IMG/VR virus record: IMGVR_UViG_3300042449_000993
Location: 1 to 64,000 of that record
Direction: 5' to 3' (one strand)
From: a virus
Length of the DNA stretch: 64,000 bases
Positions 1 through 7,778 of the stretch are shown piece by piece. The position numbers and the translations under genes were made by a program. The number at the start of each line of letters is the position of its first letter. Within the stretch, counting starts at the first letter, position 1. A model generated the notes under the pieces. That model ran no database searches. It was not told the origin of the DNA and saw only the letters and a program-made list of their open reading frames with translations.

Positions 1-1
1 G

Positions 2-1243
2 ACAGCCAAAGTAGATTATGAAGTTGGCATGTATAAGTTTGGTGTGTTGTATGCTGATAGCGAAAGAACAACAGACGGTAGTCGTTGGAGAAATCGCAGT
101 TCAACAGCAGCACCAACAACTAATCTTACTGGATTCTTATCAACTAATGTAAGCAAGAACTATGGTTATGATCTTGGCTTCAAGTTGAATACAGAGTTAG
201 CCGATGCTTATTATGGTGCTACAAAGGCACTATCGCCACCAAGAGTGGAGCAATCATTGACAGAAGATTATAGTGTTGATGAAAAGGTTGCTGCTGCTTA
301 TGGTATGATGAAGTATAAGGCAGATAAACTCAATGTGATTGCTGGCGTTCGTGTAGAAAATACAAAGGACGTTGGTAGCGCACCAGTTTATAATACTGTA
401 ACAGGTCGTATCACTAGCCAAGTTGGTGAAAAGGATTACACAAATGTATTCCCTAATCTAACAGTTCGCTATGACTATAATGACAATCTAGTTGGTCGTT
501 TCGCATTGACTCGCAGTCTAGCAAGACCAAACTTTGATGACATTGTTCCAAGAGCAGTTGAAAGTCAAGAAGGAACACAACTAGTTGTTACAACTGGTAA
601 TCCTGACTTGAATCCAACACTATCAAACAATGTTGATATGTCAGTTGAATATTATTTCGGTGATATTGGTTTAGCCAGCGTAAGTGTGTTCTATAAAGAC
701 CTCAAAGACTATAACTATGTCTTGAGAACAAATGGAACATACATTGGCAATCCAGCAGTCCTAGTGCGTCCAGAAAACGCACCAAAGGGTGAGATCACTG
801 GCGTTGAAGTAAGTTATCAACAACAACTTGATAATGGTCTAGGTGTATTTGCGAACTACACAATCGCTGACGCAAGCATTGATGTTGGTCGTAACTATGC
901 TGGTCGTAGTAAGTTCCCACTTCCAGGACAAAGTGATTACACTGGTAACATTGCTGTGTTCTACGAAAAGGGTAAGATTAGCGCAAGACTTTCATACACG
1001 GATCGTGGTGAGTTCTTGAACGAAATCAATGCCGACGATGGCGCACTTGATCTATACTGGGACGGTCGCGGTCAGTTAGACTTTACTGGTGGTTACAAAG
1101 TCAACAAACAAACTGAACTTGTAATTGAAGCCAAGAATCTAACTAACAGTGCTGGCGTTCGTTACTATGGATCCAAATCTCGTGTCTATGAATATGAGAA
1201 GTTTGGATACAGCATCTATCTGGGTGCGAAATATAGAATGTGA
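2..1243 (+). CDS. TonB-dependent outer-membrane receptor, C-terminal beta-barrel part (5' truncated by window)
   Basis: Frame is open from position 2. Typical TBDR barrel motifs: GVRVE, SLARPNF, GNPDLNP, AKNLTN; C-terminal amphipathic strand YLGAKYRM. Confidence 0.85.
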   Translation, partial: TAKVDYEVGMYKFGVLYADSERTTDGSRWRNRSSTAAPTTNLTGFLSTNVSKNYGYDLGFKLNTELADAYYGATKALSPPRVEQSLTEDYSVDEKVAAAYGMMKYKADKLNVIAGVRVENTKDVGSAPVYNTVTGRITSQVGEKDYTNVFPNLTVRYDYNDNLVGRFALTRSLARPNFDDIVPRAVESQEGTQLVVTTGNPDLNPTLSNNVDMSVEYYFGDIGLASVSVFYKDLKDYNYVLRTNGTYIGNPAVLVRPENAPKGEITGVEVSYQQQLDNGLGVFANYTIADASIDVGRNYAGRSKFPLPGQSDYTGNIAVFYEKGKISARLSYTDRGEFLNEINADDGALDLYWDGRGQLDFTGGYKVNKQTELVIEAKNLTNSAGVRYYGSKSRVYEYEKFGYSIYLGAKYRM

Positions 1244-1252
1244 GGTTGAGCG

Positions 1253-1278
1253 AAAAGGGGACTTCGGTCCCCTTTTTC
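1253..1278 (+). terminator. Rho-independent terminator
   Basis: GGGGAC-TTCG-GTCCCC hairpin followed by T-tract. Confidence 0.85.
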
Positions 1279-1286
1279 TTATCTGA

Positions 1287-1331
1287 CGTAAGTTATTGAT
1301 TTTATTCAGGTTTTCGTAAGTTATTGATTTT
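1287..1331 (-). promoter_or_regulatory. Two tandem IHF-consensus sites
   Basis: CGTAAGTTATTGATTTT at 1287 and 1315; reverse complement AATCAA-TAAC-TTA matches WATCAANNNNTTR. Confidence 0.65.
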
Positions 1332-1347
1332 ACAAGGTTTTTTTCTA

Positions 1348-1375
1348 TTGCGTTTTTCGAGAATTCTTGTAGAAT
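1348..1375 (+). promoter_or_regulatory. sigma70-type early promoter
   Basis: TTGCGT-16nt-TAGAAT, ATG 7 nt downstream. Confidence 0.7.
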
Positions 1376-1382
1376 ACACATT

Positions 1383-1598
1383 ATGAAAGCATATTACGAA
1401 GTTTACGAAAACGCCCGAGTCAACCACCCGATTACAGGAGCGCGAGTCAACGGGAACAAATTAATACTCACGACCAAGAGCCGCACGAAGGCACTAGACC
1501 TATACGCTAAAAACGAAAGGGCGAGGTGGGTAGAGGAGATCACCACCGACAGCGACGGCTGCGAGACGACCGATATTATCACGGGACCTTACGCATAA
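1383..1598 (+). CDS. Hypothetical early protein
   Basis: ORF directly after promoter. Confidence 0.7.
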   Translation: MKAYYEVYENARVNHPITGARVNGNKLILTTKSRTKALDLYAKNERARWVEEITTDSDGCETTDIITGPYA

Positions 1599-1651
1599 GG
1601 GTAGAAACTGCGCCTCTCGTCGGGCTTCTCGCTCGGCGAGAGGCAATACCA

Positions 1652-1711
1652 TAAGTTGTTGATTTTACAAGATTTTTTACTATTGCGTTTTTAGCAAAAA
1701 GAGTACATAAT
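1652..1711 (+). promoter_or_regulatory. IHF-consensus site plus sigma70-type early promoter
   Basis: TAAGTTGTTGATT at 1652; TTGCGT(1683)-17nt-CATAAT(1706). Confidence 0.7.
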
Positions 1712-1718
1712 TGAGTTT

Positions 1719-1952
1719 ATGAAAATCGAAAACACCGACGCGCAGGTTAAGGCGCAACTCATTCAAGCAATTCAAGTTTACAAGGACGAAGCCATCAATT
1801 TAGGTTTCGACTACCCCACTCAGCCTATAGAGGAAGCGGACAGCGCCGACCTCATTTTACTTTATACGGATCTTGTGGATTTTATCGCGTATAACGCAGG
1901 ATTCAACGCCGCAATTCACGGCGAAGAATTAGAAACTTTCACGACTCATTAA
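1719..1952 (+). CDS. Hypothetical acidic early protein
   Basis: ORF directly after promoter. Confidence 0.7.
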   Translation: MKIENTDAQVKAQLIQAIQVYKDEAINLGFDYPTQPIEEADSADLILLYTDLVDFIAYNAGFNAAIHGEELETFTTH

Positions 1953-1962
1953 TAAGTAAGGG

Positions 1963-1991
1963 TTGATTTCTTAAATTTGCGAGAGTAAGAT
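1963..1991 (+). promoter_or_regulatory. sigma70-type promoter
   Basis: TTGATT-17nt-TAAGAT, ATG 6 nt downstream. Confidence 0.55.
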
Positions 1992-1997
1992 ATAGTT

Positions 1998-3101
1998 ATG
2001 GCAAAGTTCATACCAAAGGTTGTTCCCGAACCCACCTGGGAAAAGCGCACTGAACCATGCAAGCAGTATGATCTGATTCATGCTTTTCAGTGGTACAATC
2101 ACAATAAAGAGTCTCGTGATGCTCGTAAGTATCTGATCGAGTATCTTACCAAGAACAACGAGATCACTGCTTTGCAAAAGCAAGCAGCAGATTCTCTCAA
2201 TCTGTCTTGGAACATCGTCGATGGCTGGTTGGCGCGATGCCTCAGTCGTGGTGCATGGATTCCTGATACTGTATATGCAAACTTCAAGGAGCGCATGAAT
2301 GTCTTCCGAGAACGATTGGACAAGATTGTCGTCGAGAAAGGTCTTGCCACGACAGTCGTTGCCGATACTAGCAATGTCATCTCGATTCAAGAGCGAGTCC
2401 AAGGAAAAGTTGACTATTTCATTATGGAACTCGAAGGTAAGTTCGACGACGTTTGGCATGAGCAAAGCGGAGAAGAATTTGTACCATACACCTGGATGGT
2501 CGAGAACGAAGTAAAGCCGATGCATGCTTCGAAGATTGCAGAATACTTCAAGCAACGCACAGCCGAGTGGATTGCGATTATCGAGTCCAAGGATGAGTAC
2601 GTGAAGGAATCATATCCTCGTCCTCGCAAAGAGATGATTGAGGCTGCGAAATTCTTCGGTCTCGTTGCGACCGACGCTGAGAAACTCGCCTCCAACAAGG
2701 CTGCTGCTCGTAAGCCACGCAAGAAGAAGCCAGTGTCCTTCGACAAGAAGGTCAAGAACCTCAAGTTCAAGAAAGACGATATCGACAACAAGTTGGTCTC
2801 GATCGATCCTGTAAAGATCGTTGGAGCCGAAAAGTTATGGATCTATAACGTTAAGACGCGCAAACTGGGAGTCTATGTGGCTCTGGACGGTGCTGGTTTG
2901 GACGTTAAGGGTTCAGCGATTCAAAACTATAAATATGGTGAGTCGGTGAGTAAAACTCTCCGAAAGCCGAAGGACGTTCTATCTCGGGTTCTCGATGGTG
3001 GAAAGGTTGTATTGCGTAAGGTGATGGGCGAGATTAATTCGAAGCCACAAGAACTGAACGGTCGAATCAACAAGGATACAATCCTACTTCGAGTGGAGTA
3101 A
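1998..3101 (+). CDS. Conserved hypothetical T4-like phage protein
   Basis: 367 aa ORF; basic C-terminal domain (KTLRKP, NGRINKDTILL) recalled from T4-like phage hypotheticals. Confidence 0.75.
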   Translation: MAKFIPKVVPEPTWEKRTEPCKQYDLIHAFQWYNHNKESRDARKYLIEYLTKNNEITALQKQAADSLNLSWNIVDGWLARCLSRGAWIPDTVYANFKERMNVFRERLDKIVVEKGLATTVVADTSNVISIQERVQGKVDYFIMELEGKFDDVWHEQSGEEFVPYTWMVENEVKPMHASKIAEYFKQRTAEWIAIIESKDEYVKESYPRPRKEMIEAAKFFGLVATDAEKLASNKAAARKPRKKKPVSFDKKVKNLKFKKDDIDNKLVSIDPVKIVGAEKLWIYNVKTRKLGVYVALDGAGLDVKGSAIQNYKYGESVSKTLRKPKDVLSRVLDGGKVVLRKVMGEINSKPQELNGRINKDTILLRVE

Positions 3102-3102
3102 A

Positions 3103-3636
3103 ATGATTGCCATTACTAGCAATTATCTAAAGCGTTCCGATTCTGCCATGATTCGGAAGTATTCTAAATTTGTCCTCAATCGCATGGTTCGTCCATGTGT
3201 GCAAAAGAAATCCAAAATCACAATCAAGGTTCTTGGTGAGCAAGAAATTAAAGATGCTGCTGATCTTCTTGATCTGAAGAAGTATAAGGCATGGTGCACT
3301 TATGATGGTCTTGATGATGAAGGCAACAAGAAGTTTACTGTTGTTCTGAATTACAAACGTATCAATACACTCGGCAAAAAACCAATCACTCGCCTGAAAC
3401 AATTGCTCATTGATTTGGGTCATGAGTTGACTCACGTGAAGCAATATCTCAACAATGAAATGTTTGACTACAAGAGTGGTGAAGTGCGATATAAAGGTTT
3501 GGTGTTCGATGCCTCACATTACATGGATGAAGAAAAGTATTTTGAAAGTCCATGGGAAATTGAGGCATATGGGCGAGAGTTAGGTCTGTATAAGATCTTT
3601 TGTAATAAACTTAAAGAGGAGCGTTTGAGTAAGTAA
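3103..3636 (+). CDS. Putative zinc metallopeptidase-like protein
   Basis: HELTH (HExxH) followed by PWEIEAY. Confidence 0.65.
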   Translation: MIAITSNYLKRSDSAMIRKYSKFVLNRMVRPCVQKKSKITIKVLGEQEIKDAADLLDLKKYKAWCTYDGLDDEGNKKFTVVLNYKRINTLGKKPITRLKQLLIDLGHELTHVKQYLNNEMFDYKSGEVRYKGLVFDASHYMDEEKYFESPWEIEAYGRELGLYKIFCNKLKEERLSK

Positions 3637-3638
3637 TC

Positions 3639-3830
3639 ATGGTCAAGAAGAAGCAGAATGAGTTCCACGAAAAACAATACAATCGGAACAGTGAAGGATT
3701 GAAGCAACGTCGTTTGAAAGATGAGTCACGTTGGAAGTTCAATCCGAATGATTCATATGAGTCTGACGAAGACGATCTCATGGAAGATGAAGATTGGTCT
3801 TATGATCGAGATTACGAAGAACGCAGATAA
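3639..3830 (+). CDS. Hypothetical charged protein
   Basis: Tightly packed ORF, basic N-terminus and acidic C-terminus. Confidence 0.6.
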   Translation: MVKKKQNEFHEKQYNRNSEGLKQRRLKDESRWKFNPNDSYESDEDDLMEDEDWSYDRDYEERR

Positions 3831-3833
3831 GAA

Positions 3834-4457
3834 ATGATTATTTCTCGAAGCAGGGGATTTATCTTCTTGAAGATCCCCAAGACTGCATCAACCAGTTTAG
3901 GTCAGTTCATAATCAATAGCATACCGCATAGCGATGTTGATGCATTCTCTGGCACATATATGCCTTGTTATGATTTGCGAGGAAAGTTTAAAGAAATGAA
4001 TCCTCATGTGACTTTAGATGAATTGATTGTCAAAGATTTAATTAACAACAACGACATTGAAAATCTTAAGATTGTTGCGATGATGAGAAATCCAATTGAT
4101 CGATTTCTAAGTGCTGCTCATCATAAGTTTGTACTTGACACAAAAAGTCAATTCAGCACCTCATCAGATAATGAAGTTGCTCGAAAATATATTTTTGGGC
4201 AGAGAAATATTAAAAACGATTCTTTCTTTGCACCTCAAACCAAATGGATGTATCATAATGGTCGCAAGATTGTCAAGTTGTTCAAGTATCCTCAATTCTC
4301 AGAATTGTTCGCTGAATTGAAAATCGAAGAGACAGATCTTGGGTACAAGCACAACAGCGAGTTTCGAAAAAACAAAGAAGTCTCTTTGGATCAAGACCTT
4401 GAGAATCTACTCTCTGATTATTATAGAGAAGACATGGAAATATGGAATTCCCTGTGA
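3834..4457 (+). CDS. Sulfotransferase family protein
   Basis: 5'-PSB motif FLKIPKTASTS and 3'-PB motif RNPIDRFLSA. Confidence 0.75.
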   Translation: MIISRSRGFIFLKIPKTASTSLGQFIINSIPHSDVDAFSGTYMPCYDLRGKFKEMNPHVTLDELIVKDLINNNDIENLKIVAMMRNPIDRFLSAAHHKFVLDTKSQFSTSSDNEVARKYIFGQRNIKNDSFFAPQTKWMYHNGRKIVKLFKYPQFSELFAELKIEETDLGYKHNSEFRKNKEVSLDQDLENLLSDYYREDMEIWNSL

Positions 4458-4459
4458 TT

Positions 4460-4558
4460 CGTAAGTTATTGATTTTACTCACTTTTTTACCCCTGCCGTA
4501 AGTTGTTGATTCTATTAGAGTTTTTCCTATTGTGTTTTTAGGCTATCCGAGGCACAAT
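4460..4558 (+). promoter_or_regulatory. Two IHF-consensus sites plus sigma70-type early promoter
   Basis: CGTAAGTTATTGATT (4460), CGTAAGTTGTTGATT (4497); TTGTGT(4530)-17nt-CACAAT(4553). Confidence 0.7.
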
Positions 4559-4564
4559 AACAAT

Positions 4565-4942
4565 ATGGAAAGCAAATATACATACGACGAACGAATCGTC
4601 TCGGACCTCTACAAAGAGGCTTATGGGTCACGTCCTCGCGCAGACTTCTGGGCGAAGTGGGATAAAGGAACTGCTGACGAAAAGCAGATGGTTTGGGACT
4701 TTCTTATCGCCGAAGCCGAGTCTGAGGCTGAACGTGAGCGGCAAGAGCAACTCGCTGTTGAGAGGCATCTTGAGAGGATTGTGATTCCCAACATTCAGTC
4801 GTATCTGAATGATTGCAGTCGCGAGGATGCGATTCGCCATCTCCATGATACTTATGACACCAACGGTGACACCGAGTATCTCGAGTATCATCTCGGCGTG
4901 CGGTATGGTTATCTCTCTGGTTCTGTGAAGGTGGGTTACTAA
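4565..4942 (+). CDS. Hypothetical early protein (true start likely ATG 4565)
   Basis: The track start at 4532 lies inside the -35; ATG 4565 is 6 nt after the -10. Confidence 0.7.
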   Translation: MESKYTYDERIVSDLYKEAYGSRPRADFWAKWDKGTADEKQMVWDFLIAEAESEAERERQEQLAVERHLERIVIPNIQSYLNDCSREDAIRHLHDTYDTNGDTEYLEYHLGVRYGYLSGSVKVGY

Positions 4943-5364
4943 TGGACGCTCAATTGATTCAAGAAATCAAGAACGAAATTCTCGGTCTTCAAGCAAAGTT
5001 GGATGAGATCACTGCTCGCAACACACCGAAGGTCATGCCTGAGTATGATCTGGATATTGCGCTGACAATGTATGCTGATCATTTGGTCAGAGACTATTAT
5101 CGTTTTGACAAGAGTGGTGTCGACCTCAGAGCAGAAAGTAAGTTTGAAATTGACTACAATCGTGGTCGCAAGTTTCTGAAGGTTGTTTCCAAGCATTATG
5201 GTTCTCGATCTGTTCATGGCTTCATTTGTGTTAAGGCGCATGACCAGTGGAAGGTTGGTGACATTCTGAAGGCTGCATCATGGGCTCAACCTGCGAAGAA
5301 TTTTGCTCGTGGCAATGTTCTGAATCCGAGTTCTTATGTCAATCATCGATGGACGGGTGCCTAA
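4942..5364 (+). CDS. Conserved hypothetical phage protein
   Basis: TAATG coupling; GDILKAASWAQPAKNFARGN motif recalled from T4-like phages. Confidence 0.7.
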   Translation: MDAQLIQEIKNEILGLQAKLDEITARNTPKVMPEYDLDIALTMYADHLVRDYYRFDKSGVDLRAESKFEIDYNRGRKFLKVVSKHYGSRSVHGFICVKAHDQWKVGDILKAASWAQPAKNFARGNVLNPSSYVNHRWTGA

Positions 5365-5774
5365 TGTCAGTGAATGTTCCTAAAATTGGTTCGCGTGTTC
5401 GTGTCACGACGATGTATCCGAACACAGTGGTATATCGCAATAGTGACAATGGCTATGTGACATACACTCGTGAGGGTGTGGTTGTTCCGTCAATCTTCCG
5501 CGATCCGTTCATGTTCGCTGTTGAGACTGGTGCGCCTGATCATCCTGTGAGTGAGTTCAATGCGAAGTCACAGCATGTTGTGAAGATTGAGTACATTGTT
5601 GGTGGTGCGCAGCAAGTTGCGACTGACAACAAGGCATGGAAGGTCAAGAGCACAGACGGCAAGAAAATCTATCTTGTTCAGCGTGTGAATGGTAAGTTTA
5701 GTTGCACCTGTACTGGCTTTGAGTTCCGCAAGGACTGTAAGCATATTGGTGCTGTGGCGAAAAAGGTTGCGTGA
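5364..5774 (+). CDS. SWIM zinc-finger protein
   Basis: CTCTGFEFRKDCKH motif; TAATG-coupled start at 5364. Confidence 0.7.
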   Translation: MSVNVPKIGSRVRVTTMYPNTVVYRNSDNGYVTYTREGVVVPSIFRDPFMFAVETGAPDHPVSEFNAKSQHVVKIEYIVGGAQQVATDNKAWKVKSTDGKKIYLVQRVNGKFSCTCTGFEFRKDCKHIGAVAKKVA

Positions 5775-6133
5775 TGTCATATCAATCTGCATTGACGGCT
5801 GCTGGCGCAAACGTGATTGCGTTTGAACACTTTGGTGATTGGCAAGGCTCATGGGTTGCTCTTGTTGAGTATCGTGGTGAGCGTGGTTGGGTGCAAGGTT
5901 CATTTGGCTCTTGCGATCACTGCGATGCATTTGAAGCAGAGTTTGGTTGGGATGCTGCAGAGGAAGCCGACTACCAAACACGTCTTGCTTCTTTCGGCGA
6001 ATCGTATTTGGGTGGACTTCAAACAACTGAATCGATTCTTGCAGAACATGCGCCGAATGCGCATTGGGATGAAGATGCAGACAACATTGTGTTTTGGGTT
6101 CGTGAGACCGCACAGACTTATCGGGTGGTATGA
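5771..6133 (+). CDS. Hypothetical protein
   Basis: Coupled ORF with GSCDHCD. Confidence 0.65.
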   Translation: MMSYQSALTAAGANVIAFEHFGDWQGSWVALVEYRGERGWVQGSFGSCDHCDAFEAEFGWDAAEEADYQTRLASFGESYLGGLQTTESILAEHAPNAHWDEDADNIVFWVRETAQTYRVV

Positions 6134-6348
6134 TGAACGAACGAATCAAACAACTTGCTGAACAGGCTGGAATCACGACCAATTTGGATACTGATTATTT
6201 TGAAAAAGACAGTAACAAATGGGTTGACTATTATTCAGACAAGTTTGCCGAGTTGATTGTTCGGGAATGTATTGATGTTGTATCTCAATGCAATCTCGTA
6301 GGTGTTGATCCTATAGCACATATCAAAGTTCATTTTGGAGTAAAATAA
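6130..6348 (+). CDS. Hypothetical phage protein (MNERIKQLAEQAG family)
   Basis: KFAELIVRECI motif recalled from phage small proteins. Confidence 0.65.
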   Translation: MMNERIKQLAEQAGITTNLDTDYFEKDSNKWVDYYSDKFAELIVRECIDVVSQCNLVGVDPIAHIKVHFGVK

Positions 6349-6584
6349 TGAGCGAACACGGTCATTGTCCAAACTGCAATGCTGATCTTGATGGTGGTTC
6401 TATTTGGGAACACTTCTTCAAGGAAACTGGAGATGAGCGAGAAGCAACAAGAATTGCTGACATGTATGGTGCAACTCGTGAACGTGGAAGGTTTGGTCGC
6501 GCAATTGGACTATACGATCGCGATCAAGACCGAACTGTTGCTTGGAAGTGTCCTGATTGTGAACATGTATGGGAGAGAACATGA
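6348..6584 (+). CDS. Zn-ribbon protein
   Basis: CPNC and CPDC pairs; GGAG RBS. Confidence 0.65.
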   Translation: MSEHGHCPNCNADLDGGSIWEHFFKETGDEREATRIADMYGATRERGRFGRAIGLYDRDQDRTVAWKCPDCEHVWERT

Positions 6585-6844
6585 CAGAAGCATATGTAGA
6601 TGAGAATGGTCGAATTCGAATAAAGTTTGATCGATTAGAAATGGAAACGCAGATCATGTCTTGCTGGAACGTTACATCAGATCTTAAAGATCTGACTGAA
6701 GGTGTTTTAGAATATGACATGAGTCCAGATCAAATAGCGAATGCATTGATGGGAATGCAAGAACTATATGAAATTCGATTTGACAAACTTTTTAGAATAT
6801 TTGAACAACTGGTGAATCAACATGGCAAAACTCTCGATCAGTAA
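6581..6844 (+). CDS. Hypothetical protein
   Basis: ATGA-coupled ORF with GGGAG RBS. Confidence 0.6.
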   Translation: MTEAYVDENGRIRIKFDRLEMETQIMSCWNVTSDLKDLTEGVLEYDMSPDQIANALMGMQELYEIRFDKLFRIFEQLVNQHGKTLDQ

Positions 6845-7025
6845 ACCGCAATGCTTCACTGAGTATCAGTGGAAGTTGTATCAAGTGGAATTACAAACAG
6901 TCAAGAATAGTAAAGTGCTTGATATTTGTTTCGATTGTACGGTAGAATATCAAAGCAAGATGCGTAAGGAAGGCAAGTGTCAATTTCCAATGAAGCGTCT
7001 AGACAAAGTGACTGAATACGCATGA
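6822..7025 (+). CDS. Hypothetical Cys-rich protein
   Basis: Overlapping ORF, PQCF...CFDC...C. Confidence 0.55.
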   Translation: MAKLSISKPQCFTEYQWKLYQVELQTVKNSKVLDICFDCTVEYQSKMRKEGKCQFPMKRLDKVTEYA

Positions 7026-7170
7026 TGCTCATTCCTATTGTTGATCTGGTGTTTCTTGCTGGAACAAGTTTTGCTGCCTTTGTCAATCGTGGAACATTGA
7101 TTGGTTGGATGTGCACATTCTTGGTTCTTTGGCAAGTTTGGAATTTGGTGAAATTTTATAGGCAACATCC

Positions 7171-7199
7171 TTGATTTATTTTGAATTGTACTATATACT
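7171..7199 (+). promoter_or_regulatory. sigma70-type promoter with no downstream ORF
   Basis: TTGATT-17nt-TATACT. Confidence 0.6.
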
Positions 7200-7205
7200 A
7201 CACTG

Positions 7206-7314
7206 ACAAAATATTTCCTGCGTGATTCGCGACGCCCTCATCTTCTTGAGGTAGGACAAGAGTCCCAAGGTGCTTATGAATTTCCCCTCCCGCACCGAAA
7301 ACTGCGAACTTTTT
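7206..7314 (+). ncRNA. Candidate structured small RNA
   Basis: Follows promoter; closing stem 7226-7231/7303-7308 encloses three hairpins; ends in T-tract. Confidence 0.45.
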
Positions 7315-7373
7315 AAGGTGTTGATTTATAAAAGTTTTTAGTTGTTGTCTTTTGCAGCCTTGTACAGTAGAAT
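7314..7373 (+). promoter_or_regulatory. IHF-consensus site plus sigma70-type promoter of tRNA cluster
   Basis: TAAGGTGTTGATT; TTGTCT(7345)-17nt-TAGAAT(7368). Confidence 0.7.
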
Positions 7374-7432
7374 ATATGTATAAGGTTGATGAGCGTCCTT
7401 CGCGATTGCTCTTGCTGTTTAAAAATATTATT

Positions 7433-7508
7433 GCCCACATAGCACAACTGGCAGTGCAGCGGTTTTGTAAACCGCAGGTTGGGAGTTCAAATCTCTCTGT
7501 GGGCACCA
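7433..7508 (+). tRNA. tRNA-Thr(TGT)
   Basis: Cloverleaf, anticodon arm GCGGT-TTTGTAA-ACCGC, encoded CCA. Confidence 0.95.
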
Positions 7509-7514
7509 AATTTT

Positions 7515-7590
7515 GTTCCCATCGTCTAGTCGGTTAGGACACTAGCCTTTCACGCTGGTAACAGGGGTTCGAGTCCCCTTGGGAACGCCA
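7515..7590 (+). tRNA. tRNA-Glu(TTC)
   Basis: Cloverleaf, loop CTTTCAC, GTTCGAG T-loop, CCA. Confidence 0.95.
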
Positions 7591-7612
7591 TATTTTTGTT
7601 ATGAATTTTTTT

Positions 7613-7686
7613 GGGACTGAAACATTAAAGTGATGTAACGGACTTTTAATCCGTAAAAGAGGGAGCGTTACCCTCCAGTCCTACCA
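7613..7686 (+). tRNA. tRNA-Lys(TTT), atypical T-loop
   Basis: ACGGA-CTTTTAA-TCCGT arm; acceptor GGGACTG/CAGTCCT-A-CCA; T-loop AGCGTTA. Confidence 0.8.
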
Positions 7687-7701
7687 ATTGTGAAAAGGTT
7701 T

Positions 7702-7776
7702 TGGCGAGTAGATCAGAGGTAGATCAGCTGACTGTTAATCAGCCTGTCGATGGTTCGATCCCATCCTCGCCAGCCA
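7702..7776 (+). tRNA. tRNA-Asn(GTT)
   Basis: GCTGA-CTGTTAA-TCAGC, CCA. Confidence 0.95.
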
Positions 7777-7778
7777 TC

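Noticed and set aside
1287-1331. Repeated TAAGTTATTGATT as integrase attachment sites or CRISPR repeats
   Set aside because: No integrase, no regular spacer array, and the fixed position relative to -35 boxes is better explained as a promoter element
2928-2935. TATAAATA inside the 1998-3101 gene
   Set aside because: Intragenic and ~170 nt from the next start; may be chance in an AT-rich genome, so not called
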